Below, piece after piece: positions 48,140 through 58,164 of a DNA stretch of 64,000 nt (position 1 is its first letter; the number at the start of each line of letters is the position of its first letter). This DNA comes from Candidatus Daviesbacteria bacterium (GTDB taxonomy: Bacteria > Patescibacteriota > Microgenomatia > Daviesbacterales > UBA10151), in contig JACPKP010000007.1 in the NCBI GenBank assembly GCA_016186955.1, positions 1,962-65,961 of the forward strand. The letters are read 5' to 3'. A program made the translations under genes and the position numbers. Under the pieces are notes generated by a model. It saw only the letters and a list, made by a program, of their open reading frames with translations, was not told the origin of the DNA and did not search any database.

Positions 48140-48391
48140 ATGGATGACCAGATACCGGATTTAATTAAAGTGCAGGGAGTAGTCAGGGAGGTTTTGCCGA
48201 ACACTTTATTCCGGGTTGAAGTCACCGGTTCCGCGGATCTGCCTGAACTGACTAGCCGGGTGATTTTATGTCACATATCTGGTAAAATGCGTAGGCACTA
48301 TATCAGGCTGTTGGCAGGAGATAGGGTTGAGGTAGAGATGAGCCCGAAATATGATCTTGATAAAGGACGAATTACTTTTAGATTAAAGTGA
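48140..48391 (+). CDS. infA: translation initiation factor IF-1
   Basis: S1-like OB fold: [18 protein letters not shown]... Confidence 0.9.
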   Translation: MDDQIPDLIKVQGVVREVLPNTLFRVEVTGSADLPELTSRVILCHISGKMRRHYIRLLAGDRVEVEMSPKYDLDKGRITFRLK

Positions 48392-48392
48392 T

Positions 48393-48509
48393 ATGAGAGT
48401 ACAAGCAAGCGTTAAAACCAGATGCAAGTTTTGTAAATTTGTGCGCAGGGAGGGCGTATTGTTTGTAATATGCCCGCGTGACCCAAAACACAAGCAGAGG
48501 CAGGGATAA
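48393..48509 (+). CDS. rpmJ: 50S ribosomal protein L36 (38 aa)
   Basis: [38 protein letters not shown], a zinc-ribbon L36; below the ORF-track cutoff. Confidence 0.8.
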   Translation: MRVQASVKTRCKFCKFVRREGVLFVICPRDPKHKQRQG

Positions 48510-48512
48510 ATT

Positions 48513-48908
48513 ATGGCACGTATCGCAGGAGTGGATTTACCAAATGAAAAAAGGGCGGATATCGGGCTTACTTACATCTATGGTGTAGGCAGGTCTAATG
48601 TTGTGCAAATTTTGGAAAAAGCAGGAGTGGATGGCAGCAAAAGGATTAAAGATTTAAGTGAGGAAGAGGTTAATAAATTAGCTAAAGCTTTGGAGGGGAT
48701 TACAGTTGAAGGAGACCTGCAGAGAGAGATTGAACAAAATATCAAAAGGTTGGAGGAGATCGGAAGTTACCGGGGTTTGAGGCACAGAAAAGGGTTGCCG
48801 GTTAGAGGCCAGAGGACCAGGTCAAACGCCAGGACTAAAAAAGGCAAGAGAAAAACAGTAGGCACTGTCAGAAAGGAAGTTACAGCCAAAACGATGCCGA
48901 AGCAATGA
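48513..48908 (+). CDS. rpsM: 30S ribosomal protein S13
   Basis: [14 protein letters not shown]. Confidence 0.9.
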   Translation: MARIAGVDLPNEKRADIGLTYIYGVGRSNVVQILEKAGVDGSKRIKDLSEEEVNKLAKALEGITVEGDLQREIEQNIKRLEEIGSYRGLRHRKGLPVRGQRTRSNARTKKGKRKTVGTVRKEVTAKTMPKQ

Positions 48909-48934
48909 GGCATCGTCCTGAACAAGAAGGAAAC

Positions 48935-49330
48935 ATGGCAAAGAAAACAATTATAACAAAGAAAAAGATTACAACCGGAAAGCATATAAGCGCTGGAAGG
49001 ATCTACGTGACCGCCACCTTCAATAATACGCTGGTTACCCTAACTGATATGAATGGTCAGACTTTAGCTTGGAGCTCTTCAGGAAATGCCGGTTTTAAAG
49101 GAGCCAGGAAAGCCACGCCTTTTGCTGCAATCAGCGCTATTGAGAAGGTGGCGAAAAAAGGCAAAGAGGGTGGGTTGGCCACGGTTGAGGTATTTATCAA
49201 AGGCCCGGGGCCAGGAAGGGATGCTGCGATCAGGGCTTTAAGGAATGCCGGTTTAAATATTACTATGATTGCAGATGTAACGCCTGTACCGCATAACGGC
49301 CCAAGGGCTAAGAAAAGGAGAAGAGTATAA
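48935..49330 (+). CDS. rpsK: 30S ribosomal protein S11
   Basis: S11 core; the preferred start is the ATG at 48935, preceded by an AAGGAAACA SD. Confidence 0.9.
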   Translation: MAKKTIITKKKITTGKHISAGRIYVTATFNNTLVTLTDMNGQTLAWSSSGNAGFKGARKATPFAAISAIEKVAKKGKEGGLATVEVFIKGPGPGRDAAIRALRNAGLNITMIADVTPVPHNGPRAKKRRRV

Positions 49331-49332
49331 AC

Positions 49333-49458
49333 TAAATTTTCAAGTCACAATTTACAATTTTCAATCAATGATTTAATTCTTAAATTTTAAACATTGAAAA
49401 TTCATTAAAAATTGAAAACCTGTCTGCCGACAGGCAAGACTGAAAATTAAAAATTATT
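49333..49458. repeat. AT-rich intergenic repeat R copy 4, carrying GC hairpin CCTGTCTGCCGACAGG (49419-49434)
   Basis: Near-identical to copy 3; tail AAAATTAAAAATTATT-ATG (rpsD). Confidence 0.7.
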
Positions 49459-50061
49459 ATGTCTCGCTATACAGGACCAAAACGAAGATTATCAAAAAGA
49501 GAAGGGGTGGCGCTATTTGCTAAAGATGCTAAAGCGCTGGAAAGAAAAGGTGCAGTCCCTCCCGGGATGAGGGGTACAAAAGTCAGGCCCAGATTTTCAG
49601 AATACAGTTTTCAGCTTAGGGAAAAGCAAAAAACCAAAAGGATTTTTGGTTTAAATGAGAGGCAGTTCAGGAATACTTTTAATGAGGCTTCGAAATCTAA
49701 AGGTGCGACAGGCAACAGGTTGCTTGAACTTTTAGAAAGAAGGTTGGATAATGTAGTTTATAGGTTGGGGTTTGTAAAATCCAGGGCTGAAGCAAGGCAA
49801 ATAGTTACGCATGGGCACATTACTGTTGACGGCAAAAAGGTAAGTATTCCGTCATTTAAGGTGAAAACAAACTCAGTAGTTGCAATTTCACCTAAATTTG
49901 TGGATAATACACAAGTACAAAAAAGCCTAGAGGAAAATACACCGGTTCCTGGATGGCTTTCAAGAAAGGCAACGGTAGGCAAGATTTTACGGGTTCCGGA
50001 ACGGCAAGAGATGGAAAGTATAGTAAATGAGCAGCTGATAGTAGAGTACTATAGTAGGTAA
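49459..50061 (+). CDS. rpsD: 30S ribosomal protein S4
   Basis: MSRYTGPKRRLSKREG. Confidence 0.9.
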   Translation: MSRYTGPKRRLSKREGVALFAKDAKALERKGAVPPGMRGTKVRPRFSEYSFQLREKQKTKRIFGLNERQFRNTFNEASKSKGATGNRLLELLERRLDNVVYRLGFVKSRAEARQIVTHGHITVDGKKVSIPSFKVKTNSVVAISPKFVDNTQVQKSLEENTPVPGWLSRKATVGKILRVPERQEMESIVNEQLIVEYYSR

Positions 50062-50067
50062 CATGAT

Positions 50068-50268
50068 ATGAGTTGTGAAAACTTAGATTTAAAAAGATTA
50101 ACAGGTGAAGAGTTATTTCATTTGATGGATCATCATCAGGATGGAATATGGTTGGCAACTGAAGAAATGCTGCAACACTGTAAGTCAAGTGGTGACATTA
50201 TGCGTGAGCTAGAAGAAAGAAATTTATTTGCAAAATATTTGGATCAAAGAGTTCAAAAGTTAATATGA
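50068..50268 (+). CDS. small hypothetical protein inserted between rpsD and rpoA
   Basis: 66-aa ORF whose stop overlaps the rpoA start (ATGA). Confidence 0.3.
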   Translation: MSCENLDLKRLTGEELFHLMDHHQDGIWLATEEMLQHCKSSGDIMRELEERNLFAKYLDQRVQKLI

Positions 50269-51179
50269 TTAAATTTAAAATAAAAACTGAAAATGAAAAA
50301 GAAAATTATGCCAAAGTGGTAATCGAACCGCTTGAGCAGGGCTACGGGCATACGCTGGGTAATAGTTTAAGGCGCTGTATGCTTAATTCCCTGCCCGGGG
50401 CTGCCATCACTTCTGTCAAAATTGCAGGGGTATCCCACCAGTTTTCTACAATCCCCGGAGTAGTAGAAGATGTAATTGAAATGATCCTAAACCTCAAAAA
50501 AGTCAGGGTTAAAGTGTTTGGTGAAAAATCTATCCGGTTGTCTTTGCAAAAAAGCGGAAAAGGCGAGGTTAGGGCTCGGGATATTGATACTTTAGGCCAA
50601 GGTGAAATTGTCAATGGCGACCAGCATATTGCCACCATAACAGACCCCAAGGTGAAACTTAATATGGAGATGACTTGTGAACTGGGAACGGGATATGTAC
50701 CTGCAGACGAGAGGAAGCTCAATGAAATTGGAGTTATCCCGACTGATGCTATTTATACCCCGGTCTTTTCGGTAAACTATACTGTGGATCAGACACGTGT
50801 CGGCAGGCGCACGGATTTTGACAGCCTGGTTTTAGAGGTGACGACCGATGGTACGATTGAACCGCAAGCAGCGGTTGAAAAAGCTGCGCGGATATTGGCC
50901 GGTTATTTTAAACAGGTTTATGAGCCGGAAGAGGAAGTTATAGCAGAAGTGCAAACCCCAAGTTTTGTATCGGATGATCTGCTCAAATCTTCTGTTGAAG
51001 AGTTGGATCTGCCGGTCAGGATAACCAATGCATTGAAGGCTATTGAGATTGATACAATAGGCAAACTTTTGACCATGCCGGCCCAACAACTTATGAAGGC
51101 AAAAAACCTTGGTGCAAAATCCCTGACACTGATTTCAGAAAAGCTTGCAGAGAGGGGGCTGTCTTTAGGTGAGGCATAA
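50265..51179 (+). CDS. rpoA: DNA-directed RNA polymerase subunit alpha
   Basis: N-terminal domain motifs (GYGHTLGNSLRR) and C-terminal domain. Confidence 0.9.
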   Translation: MIKFKIKTENEKENYAKVVIEPLEQGYGHTLGNSLRRCMLNSLPGAAITSVKIAGVSHQFSTIPGVVEDVIEMILNLKKVRVKVFGEKSIRLSLQKSGKGEVRARDIDTLGQGEIVNGDQHIATITDPKVKLNMEMTCELGTGYVPADERKLNEIGVIPTDAIYTPVFSVNYTVDQTRVGRRTDFDSLVLEVTTDGTIEPQAAVEKAARILAGYFKQVYEPEEEVIAEVQTPSFVSDDLLKSSVEELDLPVRITNALKAIEIDTIGKLLTMPAQQLMKAKNLGAKSLTLISEKLAERGLSLGEA

Positions 51180-51588
51180 GGTATATGGTAAGCGCCTCGG
51201 TAGAGATAAGAATGCAAGGAACGCACTTTTTAAAAACCTAGTGCGTTCTCTGGTTTTGTGGGAAAAAATTGAAACTACAGAAGCTAAAGCAAAAGCTGTA
51301 AAAGGGCTGGTTGATAAACTGATCAATGCTGCTAAAACTCCAAACACCAGGAGGTTAGTTTCCCAGTTTTTGATTGATAAAAAAGCGCAGGAAAAATTAA
51401 TTAAAGACCTATCCCCCAGGCTTGGAAGCAGAAATTGTGGGTATACATCAGTTATTAAACTGGGGAAAAGATTGGGGGATAGGGCGATGATGGTAGAGAT
51501 GAGGTTGTTAACAGAAGAACCAAAGGCGCAGGTTTCTAAAGAGTTAGTGAAGAAACCAACTGCGAGAGGAGTGAAAAAAGAAGTTTGA
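51169..51588 (+). CDS. rplQ: 50S ribosomal protein L17
   Basis: MRHKVYGKRLGRDKNARNALFKNL. Confidence 0.85.
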   Translation: MRHKVYGKRLGRDKNARNALFKNLVRSLVLWEKIETTEAKAKAVKGLVDKLINAAKTPNTRRLVSQFLIDKKAQEKLIKDLSPRLGSRNCGYTSVIKLGKRLGDRAMMVEMRLLTEEPKAQVSKELVKKPTARGVKKEV

Positions 51589-51591
51589 TCT

Positions 51592-52017
51592 ATGTCTACG
51601 AATGTTTTATCAGCAAAAGATATAAAGCGGGATTGGCATTTAATTGATGCAGAAGGGAAAATATTGGGCAGGCTGGCAACGGATGTGGCGGTTAAGCTTT
51701 CGGGAAAACATAAGCCTTCCAGAGTACCATATTTGGATACAGGGGATTTTGTGGTAGTGACTAATGCTGCAAAAGTCCGTGTTACAGGGAAAAAAGCCCA
51801 GCAAAAAAAATATGTCCGTCATTCCGGTTATCCCGGGGGTTTGAGAGAGGAAACTTTTAGCAAGCTTTTAGTCCGCCGGCCGGAGGAGGTAATAAGACAT
51901 GCTGTCAAAGGAATGCTGCCAAAGACAAGTTTGGGAAGAGCGATGATTACTAAATTGCATATTTTTGCCGGGAGTGAACACCCGTTTGAAAAACAATTGG
52001 AGACAAAAGATGCCTGA
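51592..52017 (+). CDS. rplM: 50S ribosomal protein L13
   Basis: L13 signature DAEGKILGRLAT. Confidence 0.9.
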   Translation: MSTNVLSAKDIKRDWHLIDAEGKILGRLATDVAVKLSGKHKPSRVPYLDTGDFVVVTNAAKVRVTGKKAQQKKYVRHSGYPGGLREETFSKLLVRRPEEVIRHAVKGMLPKTSLGRAMITKLHIFAGSEHPFEKQLETKDA

Positions 52018-52411
52018 CCAAAACTACAAACAAGCAGTGGGGAGAAGAAAAGAGGCGGTTGCCAGAGTTAGGGTTTTCCCCGGACAGGGGCAGATGATAA
52101 TAAACGGCAAACAGGTGGCAGAGTACTTTAAAGGCCCGGTCTTCCAGAAAAAATACCAGAAGCCTTTTGAAGTAACAAAAACTTTGGGTAAATATACTGC
52201 GACGGTAAAAGTGTTGGGAGGGGGTGTGGTTTCCCAGCTTGATGCAACAGTCCACGGGATTGCCAGGGCTTTGGATCTTTTTGATAGGGATAATTACAGG
52301 CCAAGTTTGAAAAAGGTAGGGCTTTTAACAAGGGATGCCAGAGTGAAAGAGAGAAGAAAATATGGCCTCGCCCATAAAGCCAGGGCAAAAAAGCAATCCC
52401 CAAAAAGGTAA
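52010..52411 (+). CDS. rpsI: 30S ribosomal protein S9
   Basis: GRRKEAVARV...; C-terminal KKQSPKR. The ATG at 52010 overlaps the rplM stop. Confidence 0.9.
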   Translation: MPDQNYKQAVGRRKEAVARVRVFPGQGQMIINGKQVAEYFKGPVFQKKYQKPFEVTKTLGKYTATVKVLGGGVVSQLDATVHGIARALDLFDRDNYRPSLKKVGLLTRDARVKERRKYGLAHKARAKKQSPKR

Positions 52412-52427
52412 AAATTAAACGGTATAC

Positions 52428-53372
52428 TTACTTGAATACTACTGCGTTTGGTAATGCCCTGCCAGGTCCGGCTTTGTACCCGCCGCTATAAAGAGCAATG
52501 GACCCGCCACCGTCTAAATTAAGCGCGTATTTTGCGCCTAAGGCTTTAAAGACTGCTGCGAAATCGTACATATCAACATTATAAGCAACTACTAAAAAGA
52601 TATTAGAATCGTTAAACCCGATTCCGCCTTTTGTGCCTTTAGAAGATTGTTTCGCTGAAAGCGATCCGCCCTCTACTGTAATATGACCGTTATTTAAAAT
52701 GCCCGGATAATTAACAATTCCTGCACGGATTCCATCGGCCCGGCCGGCATCCTGACGGTAATGGTAAGCGCCTCCGTTATCCTGATAAACCATGCTTCTT
52801 CCGCCCCAACCGAGATTACCCTCATTAATCCACTTATTTAACCTAGAGTTATAAACTGAAAAATCAAAAGAATTCTTTTTAGCAGCGCAATCGGCATAAT
52901 CTGCAGGACATGTATAAGTGCCGTGGATCCCTGCGTAACCCCCGAAATGATTAATATATTCTGCTAAGGGTTTTACAGGACAATCTGCGGCACAGTCTGA
53001 ATCATTGGCGGTATCCGTAATCATTTGTGCGCTAATCGGGAGGGTAACGACTGTTGCCCTGAAACTACCCTGTTCTGTCTGAATATTTCCTCCGGAATTT
53101 ACACCTGAGGAAGTGGTGGCAGAAGGTTTAGGAGTGGGGGAAGATTGAGGAGTTGGCGAAGAAGTTGATATTGGTGTGGGAGTTGGTGTGGGGGTAGAGG
53201 TAGACGATGGGGAAGGGGAGGGGCTTGGAGATAGTAATGGTGATGGACTGGGAGAGGGGGCAAGAAAGGTTTTACTTTTGCCCGCCTGGTTATAAGTGAC
53301 AACCAGAGTTGTTACTACAGCAATAATTAAAATTAAAACAATAGGGGCGATTCCTGAAGAATTCAACTGCAC
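52428..53372 (-). CDS. secreted/membrane-anchored protein with Pro/Ser/Thr linker and phosphodiester-glycosidase-like (DUF2233/NAGPA-like) C-domain
   Basis: N-terminal TM, a PSPSP/TPTP linker, and C-terminal NLDGGGS...GGYKAGPGRALPNAVVFK; paralog of 56225..57406. Confidence 0.45.
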   Translation of the reverse strand: MQLNSSGIAPIVLILIIAVVTTLVVTYNQAGKSKTFLAPSPSPSPLLSPSPSPSPSSTSTPTPTPTPISTSSPTPQSSPTPKPSATTSSGVNSGGNIQTEQGSFRATVVTLPISAQMITDTANDSDCAADCPVKPLAEYINHFGGYAGIHGTYTCPADYADCAAKKNSFDFSVYNSRLNKWINEGNLGWGGRSMVYQDNGGAYHYRQDAGRADGIRAGIVNYPGILNNGHITVEGGSLSAKQSSKGTKGGIGFNDSNIFLVVAYNVDMYDFAAVFKALGAKYALNLDGGGSIALYSGGYKAGPGRALPNAVVFK

Positions 53373-53384
53373 AATCTTAGAATA

Positions 53385-54461
53385 TCACAACTTGATTATC
53401 TGTTCCCATGGGTAATCTGGGTTACCAAAGTGGCCATAGCTAGCTGTTTGAAGATAAATGGGTTTTCTTAAATTGAGTCTTTCTATAATTGCCAAAGGCC
53501 GGAAATCAAAATTTTTTTCAACCAATCTGGAAAGGCTTTTGGCGTCTTGGTCAACTGCTTCAACCATCAAAGGTTCTGCGCGGCCTATTGCGTATGAAAC
53601 AGATACCAGGCAGTTTTTGGCATGTTTGTTGGCTACAATATTTTTGGCAACAAACCTGCACATATAAGCTGCGGAGCGGTCAACTTTTGTCGGGTCTTTG
53701 CCGGAAAAACAACCCCCGCCATGCGGGACCAGTCCGCCATAGGTATCAACAATAATTTTCCTGCCGGTCAACCCCGTATCAGAGGCGAAACCGCCAATTA
53801 CAAAAGAGCCGGTCGGGTTAACCAAAATTTCAATTCCTTTGATATTTCCCACAATAGGTTTGATTAGTTTGTTGGCCAGGTCTTTTCTGATTTGGGACTG
53901 GGTTACTTTTTTATCATGCTGGCAGGAAATAAGGATTGTTTTGACTGTTTTGCCTTCAATGGTAACCTGGGCTTTGCCGTCAGGTTTTAACCATTTGAGA
54001 ATGCCTTCTTCACGCAGTTTCTGCAGACCTTTGGTAAGTTGATGGACTAAGACTACACCTTTGGGTAAAAACTGGGGTGTTTCATCAGTGGCAAACCCGT
54101 ACATAATGCCCTGGTCGCCTGCGCCGCCGCTGTCGACCCCCTGTGCAATGTCAGGGGATTGCCGGACTATGCGGGTGATGATTTTGATTGGTTCTTTATA
54201 TCCCAATTTTTTGTATAAATCAGCTGCTATTTTTTTAAAGTTGACTTCTGCTTGAGTTGTCAGCTCCCCGCCAATAACCAGCATCCCATGGCAGCCGAAA
54301 GATTCAATAGCCACTCGCGATTTGGGGTCTTGCCGTAAACATTCATCTAAAATTGCGTCTGAGATTTGGTCGCAGACTTTATCAGGGTGTCCGCAGGTGA
54401 CAGATTCTACAGTGTAGATTTTTGGGTTGATAATCATAAACCCCCGCATCATCTTTGGCAC
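53385..54461 (-). CDS. metK: S-adenosylmethionine synthetase
   Basis: ESVTCGHPDKVCDQISDAILD, GGGAFSGKD. Confidence 0.9.
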   Translation of the reverse strand: MPKMMRGFMIINPKIYTVESVTCGHPDKVCDQISDAILDECLRQDPKSRVAIESFGCHGMLVIGGELTTQAEVNFKKIAADLYKKLGYKEPIKIITRIVRQSPDIAQGVDSGGAGDQGIMYGFATDETPQFLPKGVVLVHQLTKGLQKLREEGILKWLKPDGKAQVTIEGKTVKTILISCQHDKKVTQSQIRKDLANKLIKPIVGNIKGIEILVNPTGSFVIGGFASDTGLTGRKIIVDTYGGLVPHGGGCFSGKDPTKVDRSAAYMCRFVAKNIVANKHAKNCLVSVSYAIGRAEPLMVEAVDQDAKSLSRLVEKNFDFRPLAIIERLNLRKPIYLQTASYGHFGNPDYPWEQIIKL

Positions 54462-54589
54462 CGCGTCCTGTTTACCAACAAACTCGGTTGCCGGTCCGAT
54501 GTTAGATCGGACTCTCTTGATGTTTACATCTATATTTTTAACTTATTGAAAATTTTTTGTCAAGACATTGTTGTAGATACGAACTAATA

Positions 54590-55567
54590 TTAATAAGTAC
54601 AAATACCACCTGCACCGATAATTGTTAGATCAGATCCTACCTCATAAACTGCATTATCATTCCCGCCATCTGAAACCACTTTGGGTGATTGTTGACTGGA
54701 TTCCAGTGCAGCATCGATCTCCCATTTTGAACCTCCATCCGAACAATAGGTATAGTGATAAATACCACTATTAACCGGATCTACCGGTAAAATTGGTACG
54801 CCCACAGCTTTTTGGGCCTGCAAATTAACTTTTATCCATCCTGTTCCTGCAGCAGACCGGTTATTTGAACTGGTATCTAAACTTCTACCTGTACATCCTT
54901 CTTTTGCAACTCCTCCCATGCACAAAACTGAAGCTGTTGATGTTGCCTCTTGGTATGTAACATTAATAGCTTGTTGCAGGTTCGCAAGATCAGAAAGCCT
55001 GTAAGCGTCTCTTGACCTTTTAGTTAATTCGGACACATCATTCGGGGTGTTTTGCTTTGTTGATTCACCATTAATTGGAGCCGGAGGGACCAAAGCCGAA
55101 TTAGCATTTAATTTAAAACAGTAATTTCCCTTTGGATGCTGCCATTTTTTATCAGTGTATGAATAATCATAAACTTGACCCAAACGCGGCTCATCTGAAA
55201 CTTTTGTATTATCTGTCGAGAAATCTGCGCAAAGCTGGTAATCACTACTGGCCCCGGCTGTATATTGATAATCAGCTTTTGTCTCCGGATCCTTGGTATT
55301 TTTACTAACATAACTGTAAGTACTATCTTCAGTAACTTCTTTCAGGTCTTTGGGTAGCTTGTTGCTTTTTTGGTAGTAGCTTTCTATGGCGTAACTGATA
55401 TTTGATAAATCAGAAATTCTCTGAGCATCAAATTTTTTATTCCTGGTTTCAAAAGGTGAGCCGGATTCAGAAATCCCATAAATTACTGCCCCGAGCATAA
55501 TCAAGCTTAAGATGGTGATAGTTATTATCTGCTTAATCATTGGTTTTGCGGTCTTCCCGGACTTCAT
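54590..55567 (-). CDS. secreted hypothetical protein with N-terminal TM anchor (weakly pilin/pseudopilin-like)
   Basis: A single N-terminal TM followed by RISDLSNISYAIESYYQKSNKLP, reminiscent of pseudopilin N-domains. No prepilin cleavage motif. Confidence 0.3.
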   Translation of the reverse strand: MKSGKTAKPMIKQIITITILSLIMLGAVIYGISESGSPFETRNKKFDAQRISDLSNISYAIESYYQKSNKLPKDLKEVTEDSTYSYVSKNTKDPETKADYQYTAGASSDYQLCADFSTDNTKVSDEPRLGQVYDYSYTDKKWQHPKGNYCFKLNANSALVPPAPINGESTKQNTPNDVSELTKRSRDAYRLSDLANLQQAINVTYQEATSTASVLCMGGVAKEGCTGRSLDTSSNNRSAAGTGWIKVNLQAQKAVGVPILPVDPVNSGIYHYTYCSDGGSKWEIDAALESSQQSPKVVSDGGNDNAVYEVGSDLTIIGAGGICTY

Positions 55568-56177
55568 TTAAAAGATAAACAAATATTGAACCGGCGACCA
55601 GAAAAGTTACCCCCAAGTGGGCAAAAGAACGGGTGCTGGTAGTTCCGCCCAGGAAACCGTATATTGTGGAAATCAGGTGGCTGATCATGATAATAAAAGT
55701 GCCGACCAGGGTTAAATAGATGAGAACTTTTCTCGCCCTTAAGTTTCTGATACCAGGTTTGGTTATGAGTTGGTGTTTCAGCAGCAAAAAAAGCGCTGCA
55801 AATACCGGAAAAGTCACAATGATTCCGGCAATATAGCCCTTCAAAAGCCAATTATCGGCATAGGACAGATAATTCAAAGTTGTCCGGTCAATGCTATCTT
55901 TAATCAGTTGGTCAACCGCGTGGTGAAGGATTCCTCCCAGTGAGGTAAAACTAACATAAAGACAGATAAAAAGCAGGATGTATTGGAAGGAAACCCACAT
56001 TCCAAATTGAGGTACAGGCGGAGGAGGCAGATTAATACCCGGTGTTGACGGAGCCAAGGCTTCATTAACATCATGTTCAGACCAGCCGGATTTTATTAAA
56101 TGGGCTTTAATCTGTTCATCTGTAACTTTTTGGGTTCTTGCTTGGGTGATATATTTTATTAATTCCGAATTTGCCAT
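55533..56177 (-). CDS. integral membrane protein (cytoplasmic N-domain plus 4 TM)
   Basis: Hydropathy only. Confidence 0.4.
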   Translation of the reverse strand: MANSELIKYITQARTQKVTDEQIKAHLIKSGWSEHDVNEALAPSTPGINLPPPPVPQFGMWVSFQYILLFICLYVSFTSLGGILHHAVDQLIKDSIDRTTLNYLSYADNWLLKGYIAGIIVTFPVFAALFLLLKHQLITKPGIRNLRARKVLIYLTLVGTFIIMISHLISTIYGFLGGTTSTRSFAHLGVTFLVAGSIFVYLLNEVREDRKTND

Positions 56178-56224
56178 TTCAATTAATTATTGCTGAATAA
56201 AATCATAAAATCAACAAACATGCA

Positions 56225-57406
56225 CTACTTTTTTACTAAAAGCAGGGCATTGGGGATCTGTCTGCCCGGGCCGGCTTTGTAACCGCCAAACCAGAGGGCG
56301 GTTGAGCCGCCTTGGTCCAAACCTAAAGCATTTTGCATCCCCATTGTTTTTAAGACCTGGGCTGTTTCTCCTGCGGAGGCATTATAAACAAGCCCTATAT
56401 AAACCGTTGAACCGGTAGTTCCTACAAAAGTCCTTGTCCCTTTGCTGTCAATTTTCGGGTCGCCGTTTGCAGAGAATTGTACTTCGCCGTTTAAAACATA
56501 CAATGGGTAATTTGCCAACACGCTGTCTACGGAGGTATCGCGCCCCCATTGCAGGCTTTGGGTGACAAACCTGGCGCTGCCTCCGGAAAAAATCACCGCC
56601 GGGACATTTGAGTAAACGTTATTGTCGGAGTTAAAATAAGTTTTATTTTTATTCATCAGCAGCGTATCAAAAGAGTTAGTTTTGCCGGTGCAGGACGGGT
56701 AAGATGAAGGGCAAAAAAATGAGCCGTTGATCCCGGCAAAAGCGCCTGACCTGGAGACAAAATCAGCCAGCGGTAAAACCGGGCAGTTGTCTCTGCAATC
56801 CCCATCTGACGCTGTATCAACGATAACTTTGGTGGAGTTTAAGTCTGCAGAAACGATGTTGACTAAAAAATCCCTGTTATCAATGTGGACTTTTTGCTGT
56901 GAGAAGCCTGAGCTTGGGGGAGTATTATTTTGGGGGACATTTTCCGGGATTTTAAAAGCTGCAGCTGCTTTTTGATTTTCTTTCTCAATGGAGCTTTTTA
57001 CATCAGCCAAAATCTTGCCGGCTTCGGAATAATTTCTTCCAGACAAAAGCTTTAGGGATTTGGCAAAACTTTTTTCAAATTCCGCTTTTTTTGTTTTATC
57101 GCCGGAGAAGTCCAGCATCTTTTCATAGGTTACGACAGCGCTGTCATAAGTTTTTTGGATATTGTCAACCTCTTTTTTAAGGTCCTGGTTTATTTTATAC
57201 TGGTCCTGGCTTTTTAATTCCAACAACTCTTTTTGTATGGCAAAAAGATCCTTCCTTAACTTTGTATCGTCATTGGAGATTTTTTGATAAATTACTTCCA
57301 GCTGGTTGGTTTTGTATAAAAAACCGCCGGATAACAGAATGAAAAACACAACTAAAATTATCAGGAATTTTGTCCGCAATATTTTAAACGGGGGAAAATG
57401 CTTCAC
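56225..57406 (-). CDS. membrane-anchored coiled-coil protein with phosphodiester-glycosidase-like C-domain (paralog of 52428..53372)
   Basis: C-terminal GLDQGGSTALWFGGYKAGPGRQIPNALLLVKK and shared CP..D/C motifs. Confidence 0.45.
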   Translation of the reverse strand: MKHFPPFKILRTKFLIILVVFFILLSGGFLYKTNQLEVIYQKISNDDTKLRKDLFAIQKELLELKSQDQYKINQDLKKEVDNIQKTYDSAVVTYEKMLDFSGDKTKKAEFEKSFAKSLKLLSGRNYSEAGKILADVKSSIEKENQKAAAAFKIPENVPQNNTPPSSGFSQQKVHIDNRDFLVNIVSADLNSTKVIVDTASDGDCRDNCPVLPLADFVSRSGAFAGINGSFFCPSSYPSCTGKTNSFDTLLMNKNKTYFNSDNNVYSNVPAVIFSGGSARFVTQSLQWGRDTSVDSVLANYPLYVLNGEVQFSANGDPKIDSKGTRTFVGTTGSTVYIGLVYNASAGETAQVLKTMGMQNALGLDQGGSTALWFGGYKAGPGRQIPNALLLVKK

Positions 57407-57437
57407 ATAAATTATAGTAACAAAGAATTAGATGGAA

Positions 57438-57824
57438 TTAAAGCGACTCCGGCAGATATTTCATCAGGAATTGTTCGGTCCCTGTGATAGCTTCGTTTAC
57501 AGAATCAGGTGGGTTTTGTTTGTGTTTAAGCGCATAGACTTCATAAAGCTTTTTTAGGCTGCCATTAGGCGGTATTGGCAATAACTCAATCTCTTCTGCT
57601 GAATGTAAGCTAATGGGTGGAAATTTAATCAATATTGTCAGGATTTTTTTATCACCTAATGCCCGTTCTATAACAGATCCGGCAACAGTGTGCTGTTTAT
57701 CTGCACGATCAATCCTAAACAGGCCGTCATAAATCCTATTCCCTTTGACATGTTTTAATTTCCAGCCTTTCTGCTGCCATAACTCTTTTGGCTGTTCAGG
57801 CGATTTTCTGATCTTTCTTTCCAT
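57438..57824 (-). CDS. hypothetical protein
   Basis: ORF only; probable start MERKIRK. Confidence 0.3.
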   Translation of the reverse strand: MERKIRKSPEQPKELWQQKGWKLKHVKGNRIYDGLFRIDRADKQHTVAGSVIERALGDKKILTILIKFPPISLHSAEEIELLPIPPNGSLKKLYEVYALKHKQNPPDSVNEAITGTEQFLMKYLPESL

Positions 57825-57876
57825 TTTTGTATTATACCCAAAGGATGCATCCTTTTGCAACCATGAAATTTGTGGT

Positions 57877-58164
57877 ATGGTAAAGGTGATGGGCAAAAAA
57901 AGTTTTTTGGTGGTTTTGGGAGGGACTATTATTTGGTTTATTTCTACTATAATTCAACCTTTTGTTGATTTTTTTATATTTAAAAAACACATTGTGTCAA
58001 TTTTTGGGTCTCAATGTAGACCAACAGGTTACCCAATTCCACTTTGCCTAAGCGAAAATTCAGGTACGTTTTTTTACTACATGGTTATTTTAATTAATAT
58101 AATTTTTTGGTTTGCGGTTGTTTGGGTAATCTGGAAGATTCTTTTCAGAAGGAGAAAAAGCTAG
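57877..58164 (+). CDS. small membrane protein (2 TM)
   Basis: Hydrophobic ORF. The alternative longer ORF-track start would overlap the minus-strand gene. Confidence 0.25.
   Translation: MVKVMGKKSFLVVLGGTIIWFISTIIQPFVDFFIFKKHIVSIFGSQCRPTGYPIPLCLSENSGTFFYYMVILINIIFWFAVVWVIWKILFRRRKS

Noticed and set aside
42588-49458. The AT-rich repeats between r-protein genes were considered as a possible CRISPR array
   Set aside because: The copies are about 120 nt long and are imperfect. They are separated by whole genes of very different lengths (0.3-5 kb). They are not direct short repeats with uniform spacers, and no cas genes are adjacent.
57745-57876. The 5' part of ORF-track protein 57745..58164
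   Set aside because: It overlaps the convergent minus-strand ORF by about 150 nt. An internal ATG at 57877 removes the overlap, so the shorter version is reported with low confidence.
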